From the NCBI RefSeq assembly GCF_001194135.2, contig NC_068999.1:36886296-36950295 (forward strand): a stretch of 64,000 nucleotides of DNA, in the 5' to 3' direction. The translations under genes and the position numbers were made by a program. This DNA comes from Octopus bimaculoides. Lineage: Eukaryota. Under the pieces are notes generated by a model. The model saw only the letters and a program-made list of their open reading frames with translations. It made no database searches and had not been told where the DNA came from. This document shows, one piece after another, positions 1 through 11,300 of this stretch (position 1 is the stretch's first letter; each line of letters begins with the position of its first letter).

Positions 1-230
1 CTGCTGTACTCTTTCACTCACTCTAACTTCCTGTTTCTGTTGTGCCTGTAATTCAAAGGGTCAGCCTTGTCACACTGTGTCACGCTGAATATCCCCGAGA
101 ACTACGTTAAGAGTACACGTGTCTGTGGAGTGCTCAGCTACTTGCACGTTAATTTCACGAGTAGGCTGTTCCGTTGATCGGATCAACTGGAACCCTCGAC
201 GTCGTAAGCGACGGAGTGCCAACAACAACA
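1..230 (+). mobile_element. 3' part of tRNA-derived SINE family C, ending in (AAC)n
   Basis: Near identical to 37610-37816 and to the reverse complement of 59065-59290. Confidence 0.9.
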
Positions 231-839
231 TTTTTGAAAACCGATATATAATCGAGAACGACTTAAATTGAAACTACTTAAGCCGAGGTATACCTGTATA
301 TATATATCATATACTAATGACTCCAAACACATGCAGCCTTGACTCCTGAGACGGTGGAAAGTTCCTAGGAGGCGTTGAAGAAAAGTGGAGCGATAATGGA
401 GTAGCGATTCATGTAAAAACAACAAAAGAATGGGTTCGTTGGGTTAAGTTTAATTTGTTAAATACAGTTGCTTTGAATTTGCTGCAGAAAGAGGTCTATG
501 TTTGTGATGGTTAGTTGGGGTGAGGGTACTAGGAATGTGACCTGGGTGTCAAAAGGCGGCAGCCCGAAAAAGTTTGGGAACCACTCTTACAGTCAAAAAT
601 AACAATGAATACAATGTATTTATTACTCGCTTCCAGAGTTGCATTTCCTCACGTTCGGTACACTGTATTTATTATGGTAGTTTTGACTGTAAGAGTCCCT
701 CATAGCATGAGGCATTTATGTGTAGTAATGCCCTTCATATAAATAAATATATTTAAAGGGAGTAATTATAATTTTTCCCTTATGACGTTTTTTCACGCTG
801 ACTACTTGATAACTTGTTATAAAGATTTTATCCTATTTT

Positions 840-875
<36 letters not shown>

Positions 876-1924
876 AGAGAGAGAGAGAGAGAAAGGTGAT
901 TACAGGCATGGCTGTGTGGTAAGAAGTTTGCTCTTCAGGTTCACACGTGGCCATGTCTTCTACTACAACTAAAGCCTAGTTGAGTTTGTAGACAGAAACT
1001 GGAAGAAACTCGCCGTGCAAATATATACTAATGGTAAGAAGCTTGCTCCCCAACCACATGGTTCTGAGATCAGTTCCTCTGCGTGACTCCTTGGGCAAGT
1101 GTCTCCTACTATAGCCTCGGGCCAACCAAACCCTAGTGAGTGAATTTGGTTGACGAAAACTGAAAGAAGCCTGTCATATATATATATAAACTATTAAGGT
1201 GGCTATACGCAATTTAGAACCGATAAGCAACGAGTACAGTTGTCACTTTAGCAACGACTAAACTATACAACCGATGTTTGTGCGTTTACATCCCCGTAAA
1301 TTAGCAGTTCAGCAAAAGAGACTCATAAAATAAGTACTGGGCTTAAAAGAATAAGTCTTGGGGTCGATTTCTTCGACTAAAGCCGTTTGAGGAGGTGCCC
1401 CAGCATGACCGCGGCCAAATGACTGAAACATGTAAGAGAATAAAAAAAAAATGTGTGCGTAGAGAGACAAAGGGGGAGAGAAAGAGTGACAGACAAACAG
1501 GGCGATAAATTAAGTACCAGTTGCGTACTGGAAGCGATCTAATCGACTGGTCCCTTCCCCCAAAATTTTGGGCCATGTGCCTAGAGTAGAAAATGATATT
1601 TAGGAATAAATCAAGTGTTTGGAGTTTTCTTTCTGGTGGCTCGAGCTAAGACTGTCAAGTGACTAGATGTAATTCGGACAAAACTAATGTAGAGACGAGC
1701 CAACTAACAAGGGAGACAATCAGCATTTCACTAGTTGTTTCCCTTTAATCAATTGAATTCGTATTTTGCTTTTGTTCTTTTTGTTTTTGTTTTTTTTTAG
1801 GTAAGACTTATAATATCAAGTACAATTTCTGCAATTATTTAGTTTTCACTTCTACGTCAATTTTATTTTATCTTCTACGAAGTGAATGAAGAGAAAATCC
1901 ATCTTTTAAAATATTATAAATTCG

Positions 1925-4470
1925 GATCCTACCGTAACAGCTAGCCTCCCGCCTCCAAACGAGTCAACTGCCAAGTTAATGCTGTTCACCGATCTCCTTC
2001 TCCACCTCCATCGCTAACCTTCCTCCACCACCATCCCCTCTCCATCTGAATTCTAATTCTAATGTCGATCCTACTTATGCCGTCAATTCACCTCTAAGTT
2101 GTCTTCTCTGTACCTGTACAAGTCGTTATTTGAAGACAATCAAATGTCACTTGTGTAGTCCAAGCCTTAGTTATCAAAGGAGTTGCGTTGGCATTATTAA
2201 GGTTCAAGCCGAAAGTTTTTCGAACTGGGCATGCAACTAATGCCACTTCAGCTCCGACATACTTCATAGGCCAAAATCTTGCTCTGGTACCAAGATCCTA
2301 GTTAAAGATTTTGTCACCACCCTCCGGAGCTTCTTCTAGTTGAAGCTCATCAACCGGATCCCAAAGCGAACTCGAACTTGCTTCGCTCATGTCTCTCTCT
2401 AAGCTGTTGAAAAACGTCTACAACACCTCAAATTGGCAGAAACTGTTTTTATTCCCTCTGGTCTCTCCACGTGACTAACGCGAATACTGGATCCCTCAAA
2501 TCTTCCCTAAAACGGCAATTCGAGTTGTTCGAGTCCACTCCAACCACTGTTCATCTCAGATCGGTGATCACCACAGTTCCAAACAATGGACGCTCACCGT
2601 ACTTAAAGAAGTCCATTAATGCCAAATTCAGAGAATCGGACATAAAAGGGGTTGTTCGTCTCTTCTCTTTTGTCCTCCCTCGTTCAGTGCACAACAGATC
2701 CCCTTAATCCATTGAAAAAGAAACATCCTCCGGGTGACTACCTGTACTGGCCCGACCCTCTAAGTATTTTTACAAGCTATTTTCACCTCGGACAACGTTG
2801 GGAAGGCGATTGCATCCTTTCCTGTGGGATTGCTTGTCTATGACCTCAGCATGGTATTTCCCTGTCAACATATTCTCGTCAGAGAGTGTTCTTCCCTACA
2901 TTCGCTCCGTGTTCTTTGGGACTAAATAGTTTGGTCTCACAAAGACCAATGGTAACCTCCACTTCATAGTAATTGGGTATACTCTGCTTCGGATCACAGC
3001 GAAAGTGTGTTTGTCCTTGGTTTCAGACTGCCTATCCACCGAATTTTCCCCTACTCAGATAGGGATGGGTACCACGCTAGGTTGTGAAGCTGCTGCTCAT
3101 GCCTCTAGAGCTCTCACCAACTTGCCTTCCGAGACCCCAAAGGCCATCCTCAAACTAGGTTTCAGGAATTTCATCAGTTGGATATCATCCTCCGTTCAGT
3201 AAGGGAGAATTCCCCACTGCTCAACCACTTTGCTTGGCAAGCTTATCGGGAGCCCTCTTACCTCTCCTTTAGTGACCATCTCGTCCCATCTGCCTCTGGA
3301 ACCCAACAGGGTGATCCACTCGGACCTGTTCTGCTTGCACTGGGTATCGATGACGTTATTAAGATGGGAGTTGGTCTGGACTTGAATGTCTTGTATCTTG
3401 ACGATGCATATTGGCGGTGGGGGCGGGCTCCTGATAAGTTCTTTGCAACTGAGTGGACGATTATTGAGGAACTTGGTCGTAGGGCGTATGCGACAACGAT
3501 TCCAGATGCGAGATCTGGCTCCTCAATCATCTAGTTTCACATTATCAGACTATCAACCTGTTTACAGATACCTTCCTCTCTCATCGGCATGATGTTCTAT
3601 TGGAGCCCCAATTACTGACCGAGCTTTCATGTTCATCTTTCGATCCAAGATGGCTAACCTTGAGCAACTATTAAAAAAACCTTGAGGCAATTGAACCCCA
3701 CCAATGCTTTGACGACCTTATCTTCAGGGAACACAAATGCTTGGTCAATGTCAGACTTTCTCCAGAGTCCCGCGTCCAGGTTGATCTGCCCAAACGGTTG
3801 GGGGGCAGGGGTCTAAGATTATATAAGTACTCGTCTCTGTCTCTTCTCTCCATCTATGCTTACTCCCCTTTGGTAAGCAACATCCTCCCCTTTCCAACAT
3901 AGACTAGTTCCAATAGGGAGATTGATAAAGCTCTGCTACATTGGAGTAAGTTGGGTTTGTCAGTTCCTGATACAGATGAGGATGGACGGAAGCAGAGGGT
4001 ATAGGACAATCTACGTTCAAGTGATACCTTCAACTCTCTCTTTGATCAATCTGATCAATTTTCAAGGTGTCGCCTACTTTCTCTAAGTGCGAAATTCTCA
4101 GGGTCATTGGCGGTCTACTAAGTCTGGATGAGCTCTGCACTTCCATTGCACTCAGAATGGAGGACTCTGGTAGACCTCTTGACTCCATAGACCTTCATGG
4201 TTTTTCTTGCCGCCTAAATGCTGCTCATTTCGCTCGTCACACTGAGCTAAATTTGGTCAAGTAAATATCCCCTCGGTTCTCGAGCCAGCGGGATTATCCA
4301 GAAGTGATGGAAGGAGACCAGGTAGTCTTACCCTTTGTCCCTGGGTAAGAGTAGGTGCCTCGTCTGGGACGCCACAGTCTGAGACTCCTGTTCCCCCACA
4401 CCCCACATCCTGGATGCTGAGGGAAATGGAAAGGTCACTGCTTCCGTAGCCGAACTAACAAAATTCTAGA
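1925..4470 (+). mobile_element. Decayed CRE-clade non-LTR retrotransposon (RT plus restriction-like endonuclease)
   Basis: Frameshifted motifs in the expected order: TQIGMGTTLGCEAAAHASR, LKLGFRNF, QQGDPLGP (3304-3327), YLDD (3394-3405), HGFSC..HFARH, LEPAGLSRSDGRRP, CLVWDATV. Boundaries are approximate. Confidence 0.8.
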
Positions 4471-4533
4471 GTATTGAGACTTGTCGGTGAACAATTTCGG
4501 TAAATTTTCAGATTAATACCCGCACGATTTTCA

Positions 4534-4635
4534 CTAGGGTGTTGGGGTAAAGGTTTTAGGGTTACAGTTAGGGTTACGGTTAGGATTAGGGACGGAATTC
4601 CCTAACCCTAACCCTAAAACCCTAACCCTAACCCT
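4534..4635. repeat. Head-to-head degenerate (TTAGGG)n/(CCCTAA)n array
   Basis: TTAGGG-like units, a central GGAATTCC (4594-4601), then CCCTAA units. Confidence 0.9.
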
Positions 4636-5592
4636 CAGCGATAATGCCGCAAGCGTGTTAACTTGCTTCGATAAAAAGTTCCGCTGATTCTTGTGACGTG
4701 CGACCGATTGATACACTTAGTGTTGAATTGTTTTGTTTCGTTTTTGTTTTTCGTCGCTCATGAATATATTTTCGTGTTTTGGGTTTATATTTTCATGTAA
4801 AATATTTATGTAATTAGGCATGCTGTAACCATAAATCCAATTGTAGGTGGATGGGAGGGTGTAGTGTAAAATAAAAAGAAAAATAAGCAAAAATACAAGA
4901 AAAATTTTTTTAAGCCTAATCAATGTACTATTCCGACAATTGATACTTTTATATTTGCAATACGCAAATCGTGTAGGCCAAACTGTTTTCGATATCTTGT
5001 TAATGACCTTACACTTTGTTTACACTTAACATTCCTGCGAAATGTATAAACGTCACAACATCTCATTTCAGTGGGTATAAATGCTTAGACTTGCGTTGCG
5101 ATTCTTTCACGATAATTATAAGCATAGTAAGCGATTTGAATTGGCTCTAATTAAAAATCGGAACCGGTTCGCAGACTCCGATAATAGGTATCCGATGTCT
5201 CGTATAAATTAACATAAGACATATGATTATCTATCTCCGTGCAGACTAGTTGCACTTCCCAGCCACAGCAAGCATGTAAAGAAAAGTAGGATTTTTTCTT
5301 CTCTATTTTTCGTTTCGGATTGTTTGTTTAAAAGAAATACAAACTTCTTCTTTCCATTTTGTTTCCCCAATTATTTCATAACTTGAATTACATATTTTTT
5401 TTCTTATTAATGTTTTCGTAATTTGATATTATTTCAATCAACTTAATTGCACTTATAAATATTTTTATATAATACCACACCAATAAATAATCCTATTTCG
5501 TTTCGCTTTTTCATTTCTCTTTCTATAGCCAGTTATCTTCTCGCTAATATTACCCGTCTGTCTCCATCACAAACTATATCCGGTCGCCACTC

Positions 5593-5610
5593 GAGATTTC
5601 TAGAAGTTTC
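5593..5610. promoter_or_regulatory. Heat-shock element upstream of the CCT2 start
   Basis: GAGatTTCtaGAAgtTTC: three perfect alternating nGAAn units plus a fourth with one mismatch. Confidence 0.7.
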
Positions 5611-5655
5611 AACTCAAGCTGCGGCAACAATTTCTATTTGAGAAGAAACTTCACA

Positions 5656-5658
5656 ATG
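5656..5658 (+). CDS. CCT2: CCT2 probable coding exon 1 (ATG only)
   Basis: cacaATG|GCAAGT. A phase-0 GC donor matches the phase-0 acceptor at 9783, and the site is about 45 nt downstream of an HSE. The alternative start is ATG 9799 inside exon 2. Confidence 0.65.
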
Positions 5659-8346
5659 GCAAGTTTTATTAATTCATATCGTTTACTGTATATATCTGAG
5701 TGTTATTTACTGTACTTGCTTTTTAATCTGCTAATTATCTGCCTGCATTCATTTTAATTAAACAGTGACTAAGCAGGCACCGGGGTTTCATGTCAGCCCA
5801 TCTTTGAAACCACGCGGTGCAGAAGAAAGACACCAACGACTTCGCCAAAACCGGCATTCTTGCTATCTTTTAACTCACATTCTTGTTGTCATTTGTTACT
5901 ATGAATTGTATATTAATAATAATCATTAGCTGCATGAAAGTATCCTTTTTTTTTTTTTGTTGCTAATTATTATTAATATTAATAAATAATTGTAGACAAA
6001 ATGATTTGCGGTATTTAGAGTTCCGTTTCTTACGCTCCCTATTCAATCAAATATTGCTGGTACCCACAAGCTGAACCATTACCTAGTAACATATTCAATC
6101 TAATATGATAGTCGCGCTTTAATCGACTGTTCTATTTGTTCTTTCTTTCTAACATTCACCCCCTCCGAAAAAAATAAGGGTTATAATATCTATGTTTGAA
6201 ATCTTTGTAATAATGGTATTGATTGATTTGCATGTCATTTGCCTTTATGACTAATCAGTTACCTACTTCTATCATCTCCATTGTTATTGTGATGATGAGA
6301 GTTGGGAGTTGTAAGCTTAATATATTACAATGCTTATTTTCTCATCCTACTCGTTCTGAGTTCAAATCCTGACAGTATCGTCTTTTTTATGAAGTTGGGG
6401 GAGCGGTCACTATAATACATCCAGTACCTGTAATATACTGTGGAACGGGATTATTGATTATGAATATTCTTTACATAGTTGCCTGTGCAACCCTTATATA
6501 TTTGCCCGTGCGTCAGTAACTTAGCGACAATTGTAAAGCAAGAAATAGACTGCCTGGAACGAGTTGTGATGCGGTTGCGATCAGTAGGAACTACACTATT
6601 TTCAATTTATTTCATGTCCTATAAAATACCGCATTCTGGGCCTTAAGTAGAAATTGTCATCATCATTGAACGTCCTGCCATTTACCGTTAGGAATATAAA
6701 TTGACGTTAATATTTGTTATTTATTTTACTCTAGCGGGATGAAAACGGAGTTGGCAAATGTAAAGGGCCGCTTCTAAATACCAATAGGCACTTTGGTTAA
6801 TCTTTTCGAGGTCCAGATGGACAATATATAATCTGAACCTCCCCCCCNNNNNNNNNNNNNNNNNNNNNNNNNNNNNNNNNNNNNNNNNNNNNNNNNNNNN
6901 NNNNNNNNNNNNNNNNNNNNNNNNNNNNNNNNNNNNNNNNNNNNNNNNNNNNNNNNNNNNNNNNNNNNNNNNNNNNNNNNNNNNNNNNNNNNNNNNNNNN
7001 NNNNNNNNNNNNNNNNNNNNNNNNNNNNNNNNNNNNNNNNNNNNNNNNNNNNNNNNNNNNNNNNNNNNNNNNNNNNNNNNNNNNNNNNNNNNNNNNNNNN
7101 NNNNNNNNNNNNNNNNNNNNNNNNNNNNNNNNNNNNNNNNNNNNNNNNNNNNNNNNNNNNNNNNNNNNNNNNNNNNNNNNNNNNNNNNNNNNNNNNNNNN
7201 NNNNNNNNNNNNNNNNNNNNNNNNNNNNNNNNNNNNNNNNNNNNNNNNNNNNNNNNNNNNNNNNNNNNNNNNNNNNNNNNNNNNNNNNNNNNNNNNNNNN
7301 NNNNNNNNNNNNNNNNNNNNNNNNNNNNNNNNNNNNNNNNNNNNNNNNAGAATCCGAACTCTAAAATTGTTACACACATAGATACGCACAGCGTAATTTA
7401 TTATATAAACAATATATGCGTATAAATTACGATTAAACCGGATGAAATATGTCACAGGGAATAACATTTTTATGATCGGCCAGCAGTAACTCTATTCAGC
7501 TGAATAGACGTCAGTGATTGGTTGAAATTACAGAAATACGACAACTTTAACATGAAATAACTTGCGATGTACGTTTTTTTGTTAAGAAGACTAAAAGAAA
7601 AAGATGTTTTATATGACACATTCTACCAGTGTCCCAAGTTTCAAAGTGTTTCGTTAAGAAAATACTGGTGCCCCCGTTTTGAACAAGATCCCATGCTAGA
7701 AATAACAGCCAAATCTCACTTGTCACTTCTAACAGCACACACACCCTACACGATGTTATCTTTATCCCCTTATTCTTAGTTAAGACTCAATTCACCAACA
7801 TTACAACCCATCTGTTCTTCAGTCTTAATCTATGATGTTTGTTATTTTGTAATAATAATGGCTACCCGTTGATATAAAATGACACATAGAAGGCAAACTC
7901 TTTGCCTGCTTTCTCCGTAAGTATGTTACTATCCATTGGTGTAAAATGACATTGTACGACACACACTCTGTGTATGAGTGTAGGCATAGCTGTGTGGTTA
8001 AGAAGTTTGCTTCACAACTGCATGGTTTTGAATTTCAATTCCACTGTTCAGCACATTAAAAAAGTGTCTTCTATTAGTTTTACCAACACCATGTGGATAA
8101 AATTTAGTAGGGGAAACAATGGAAGCCTGTTAGCTTGTTTTATATATATATATATATGGTACTACTAAAGCAGCGTGGTCCTGAACGCGCAGTCGCGCGT
8201 CCGCGGTAGCTAGTCGTGAGTGGTCGATCCTAATCCTAACCCTATCCCTAACCCTAAACACGTATTCATTTGCGCACACGCACTTTTTGTAGGATCACCC
8301 ACTCACGACTAGCTTGTGCGTTCAGGACCACGCTGCTTTAGTAGTA

Positions 8347-8387
<41 letters not shown>

Positions 8388-11300
8388 GCACACACACATA
8401 GAAGCAAATCAAAAATAAAAACAGTCTAAAAGACATATATTGTATGTATTAGATTGTTGCTCAGTTTAAGATGGAAGAAAGAAGGGGTATGACATTTCAT
8501 GCTTGGCTCTTCATTAGAAAGAGAAAAGGTTATATATACACTCACACACACATATGGTTACTCTCCATCTTTTGGTAATGAGGATTTAGTTTGATCAACT
8601 GAATTTGCATATAAGTAGCCAAGCATTCCATAATGCTTTTAACATAATACTCAAGTAGAATCAGCATGTCACTGTGTGTGACAAGGCTATACCTTTTTTA
8701 AATTACAAATACCATCCACCCAATAAGCTTCTATATGATTTTCTATCTACTCTGTTTCACTCACAAGGTATGGGTTGATCTGAGGCTATAGAAAATTACA
8801 TTTGCTCAAGATACCGCACGGTGGGATTGAGCCCAAGATCTCTTGGTTGCAAAATGAATTTCCTAGCCATCTGGCCATACTGCACCTGCATGTGTGTCTG
8901 TTCAACTCATAATTGTAAGGTCATGGGTTTGATTTGCAGTGACATGTTGTGTCCTTGAGCAAGTCACTCTATTTCACATTGCTATGGTTCACTCTCCTGG
9001 CAAAAAATGAGTAGCACCTGAAATTCAAAAAGCCCAGCCTTGTCACAAAAGTACTTGGCTTAAGAACTAGTATCAATGTAATTGGCTAAAACCCTTAAAG
9101 GTGATGCCCTTAACTTAGTATATGCTGAGACTGAAATACCTGTTTGACATAGAAATAGATGTTGAAGTTAATTATTTACTTAAATCTTTTCACATTCTTG
9201 ATTATTTTAAAAAGTAAAACGGAAATTCACAGGAGTGGCTGTGTGGTAAGTAGCTTGCTTACCAACCACATGGTTCCGGGTTCAGTCCCACTGCGCGGCA
9301 CCTTGGGCAAGTGTCTTCTACTATAGCCTCCGGCCAACCAAAGCCTTGTGAGTGGATTTGGTAGACAGAAACTGAAAGAAGCTCGTCGTATATATGTATA
9401 TATATATATATATGTTTGTGTGTCTGTGTTTGTCCTCCTAGCATTGCTTGACAACCGATGCTAGTGTGTTTATGTCCCCCGTAACTTAGCGGTTCGGCAA
9501 AAAGAGACCGATAGAATAAGTACTAGGCTTCCAAAGAATAAGTCCCAGGGTCGATTTGCTCGACTAAAGGCGATGTTCCAGCATGGCCGCAGTCAAATGA
9601 CTGAAACAAGTAAAAGAGTAAAGAGTAAGTAGTATATTCATTAGAAATATGGTCACAAACAGGTTAATGGGATAATAGGTGAAATCCCTAAGTAGTAAAA
9701 TTACTGTTTGGTACAAATTTTTTGAACATGTGTTTATAACATTATTTAATGTGTGTTGTTGTTTTTCTATTTTATTACAACAGAATTATATCAATCCAAT
9801 GAATCCTGTTCAGATTCTCAGCTCTGGTGCTGAGGAAGAAAAGTCTGAAATAGCTCGTCTTGTAAGTATCTTGGATGAATCTCTTCCTGTAAATTAATTG
9901 ACAATATTTCAGTTGTTTTTAAAGCAGAATTGTAAGCACACAGGGCAAAAACTTGGCAGCATTTCGTCTTTATGTTCTGGGTTCAAATTCCACTGAAGTC
10001 AACTTTGCTTTTCATCCTTTCAAGATCGATAAAATAAGTACCAGTTGAATACTGGGGTTAATGTAATTGACTTACCCCATCCCCGAAGTTGCTGGCCTTG
10101 TGCAAAAATTTGAAACAATATTTCGATAGTTTTTGGTTTCTTTATATGATTTAAATAGTGTGGGGGTTTTGGTCATACACAAAATTCATTATATTCCTTG
10201 GAAAAATATCTAATGATAGATATTTTCACTGAGTATGATCAGTAATTGGACAATTTGTTTTCTATTTTTCTTCAGACATTTTGTTAAAAGAAATAGCATT
10301 CTTAATGAGCTAAGATTTACTAATTCAACCATTTAGCATTCAGATCAGTCTGTCAAATGCAATGCTTAATTCTTTTCATTGTTTTGAATTGACCATGAAC
10401 TATCTCATAGCTTTGAGATCTCAGTGATGTGATTGTTTTAGTTTTAGAATGACATTGTAGGATGTGTGTGAGAAGCCAGATCTTGCTGGTTTGGAGATAA
10501 AACAGGTAGAATATTTTGTCCGAATATAGCTGGTTTAAAAGCTAAAGAGTTAATATTATCTTGAGATCTAAAATTGTTAAAATGTAAAATTGATCCAGTG
10601 TTGATTTCATCCTTAATGACACTTTAATAATGCAACCATGAATGTGTGCTTCAGAAATTTGGTTCAGTCCCTATTTTGTAATTGCTTGGTGCCCATCATG
10701 AGTTTGTAAGTGTATTGGTGAAAAATCATTAGTCTCCCACTTGTAGATATTTCAGCAGGAGGAATTGAAATCAATACTTGTGCAGCTTCTACCTACACTG
10801 ATAACTGAATAGTAATATATAGTGTCTTGGCTATGGTGACCAAGTATTGCAGTTCAATCTAAATATATATATATATCACACAATAAAGAATTAATAATAG
10901 TATTGTTTCTTGTAAAGGCAACAAGAAAAGTGCAGGAAAAATGCTTAGTGGTATTTTGTCAGTCTTTACTTTCTGCTGAGGTTGACTTTGCCTTTTATCC
11001 TTTTGGGGGGTCAATAAAATAAATACCAGTTAAACTCTGGGGTTGTCACAATTTGAAACCAATATTATTCCTTGTTTTAGACAATCTGTAAATTGATCAT
11101 GATTTTCTCCTCCTCTTTCAGTCATACTTTGCTGGCGCTATTACTATTGGAGATGTAGTAAAAAGTACTCTGGGACCAAAAGGAATGGTAAGAATTCACT
11201 TTTTCTTAGATTAATGCAAAATTATTGTTTTGCTTTCTCGAAACTCAGAAGCTCTTCTGATTTACTTCTAATTGCTGATTATAATCAAGTTTTACTGTAT

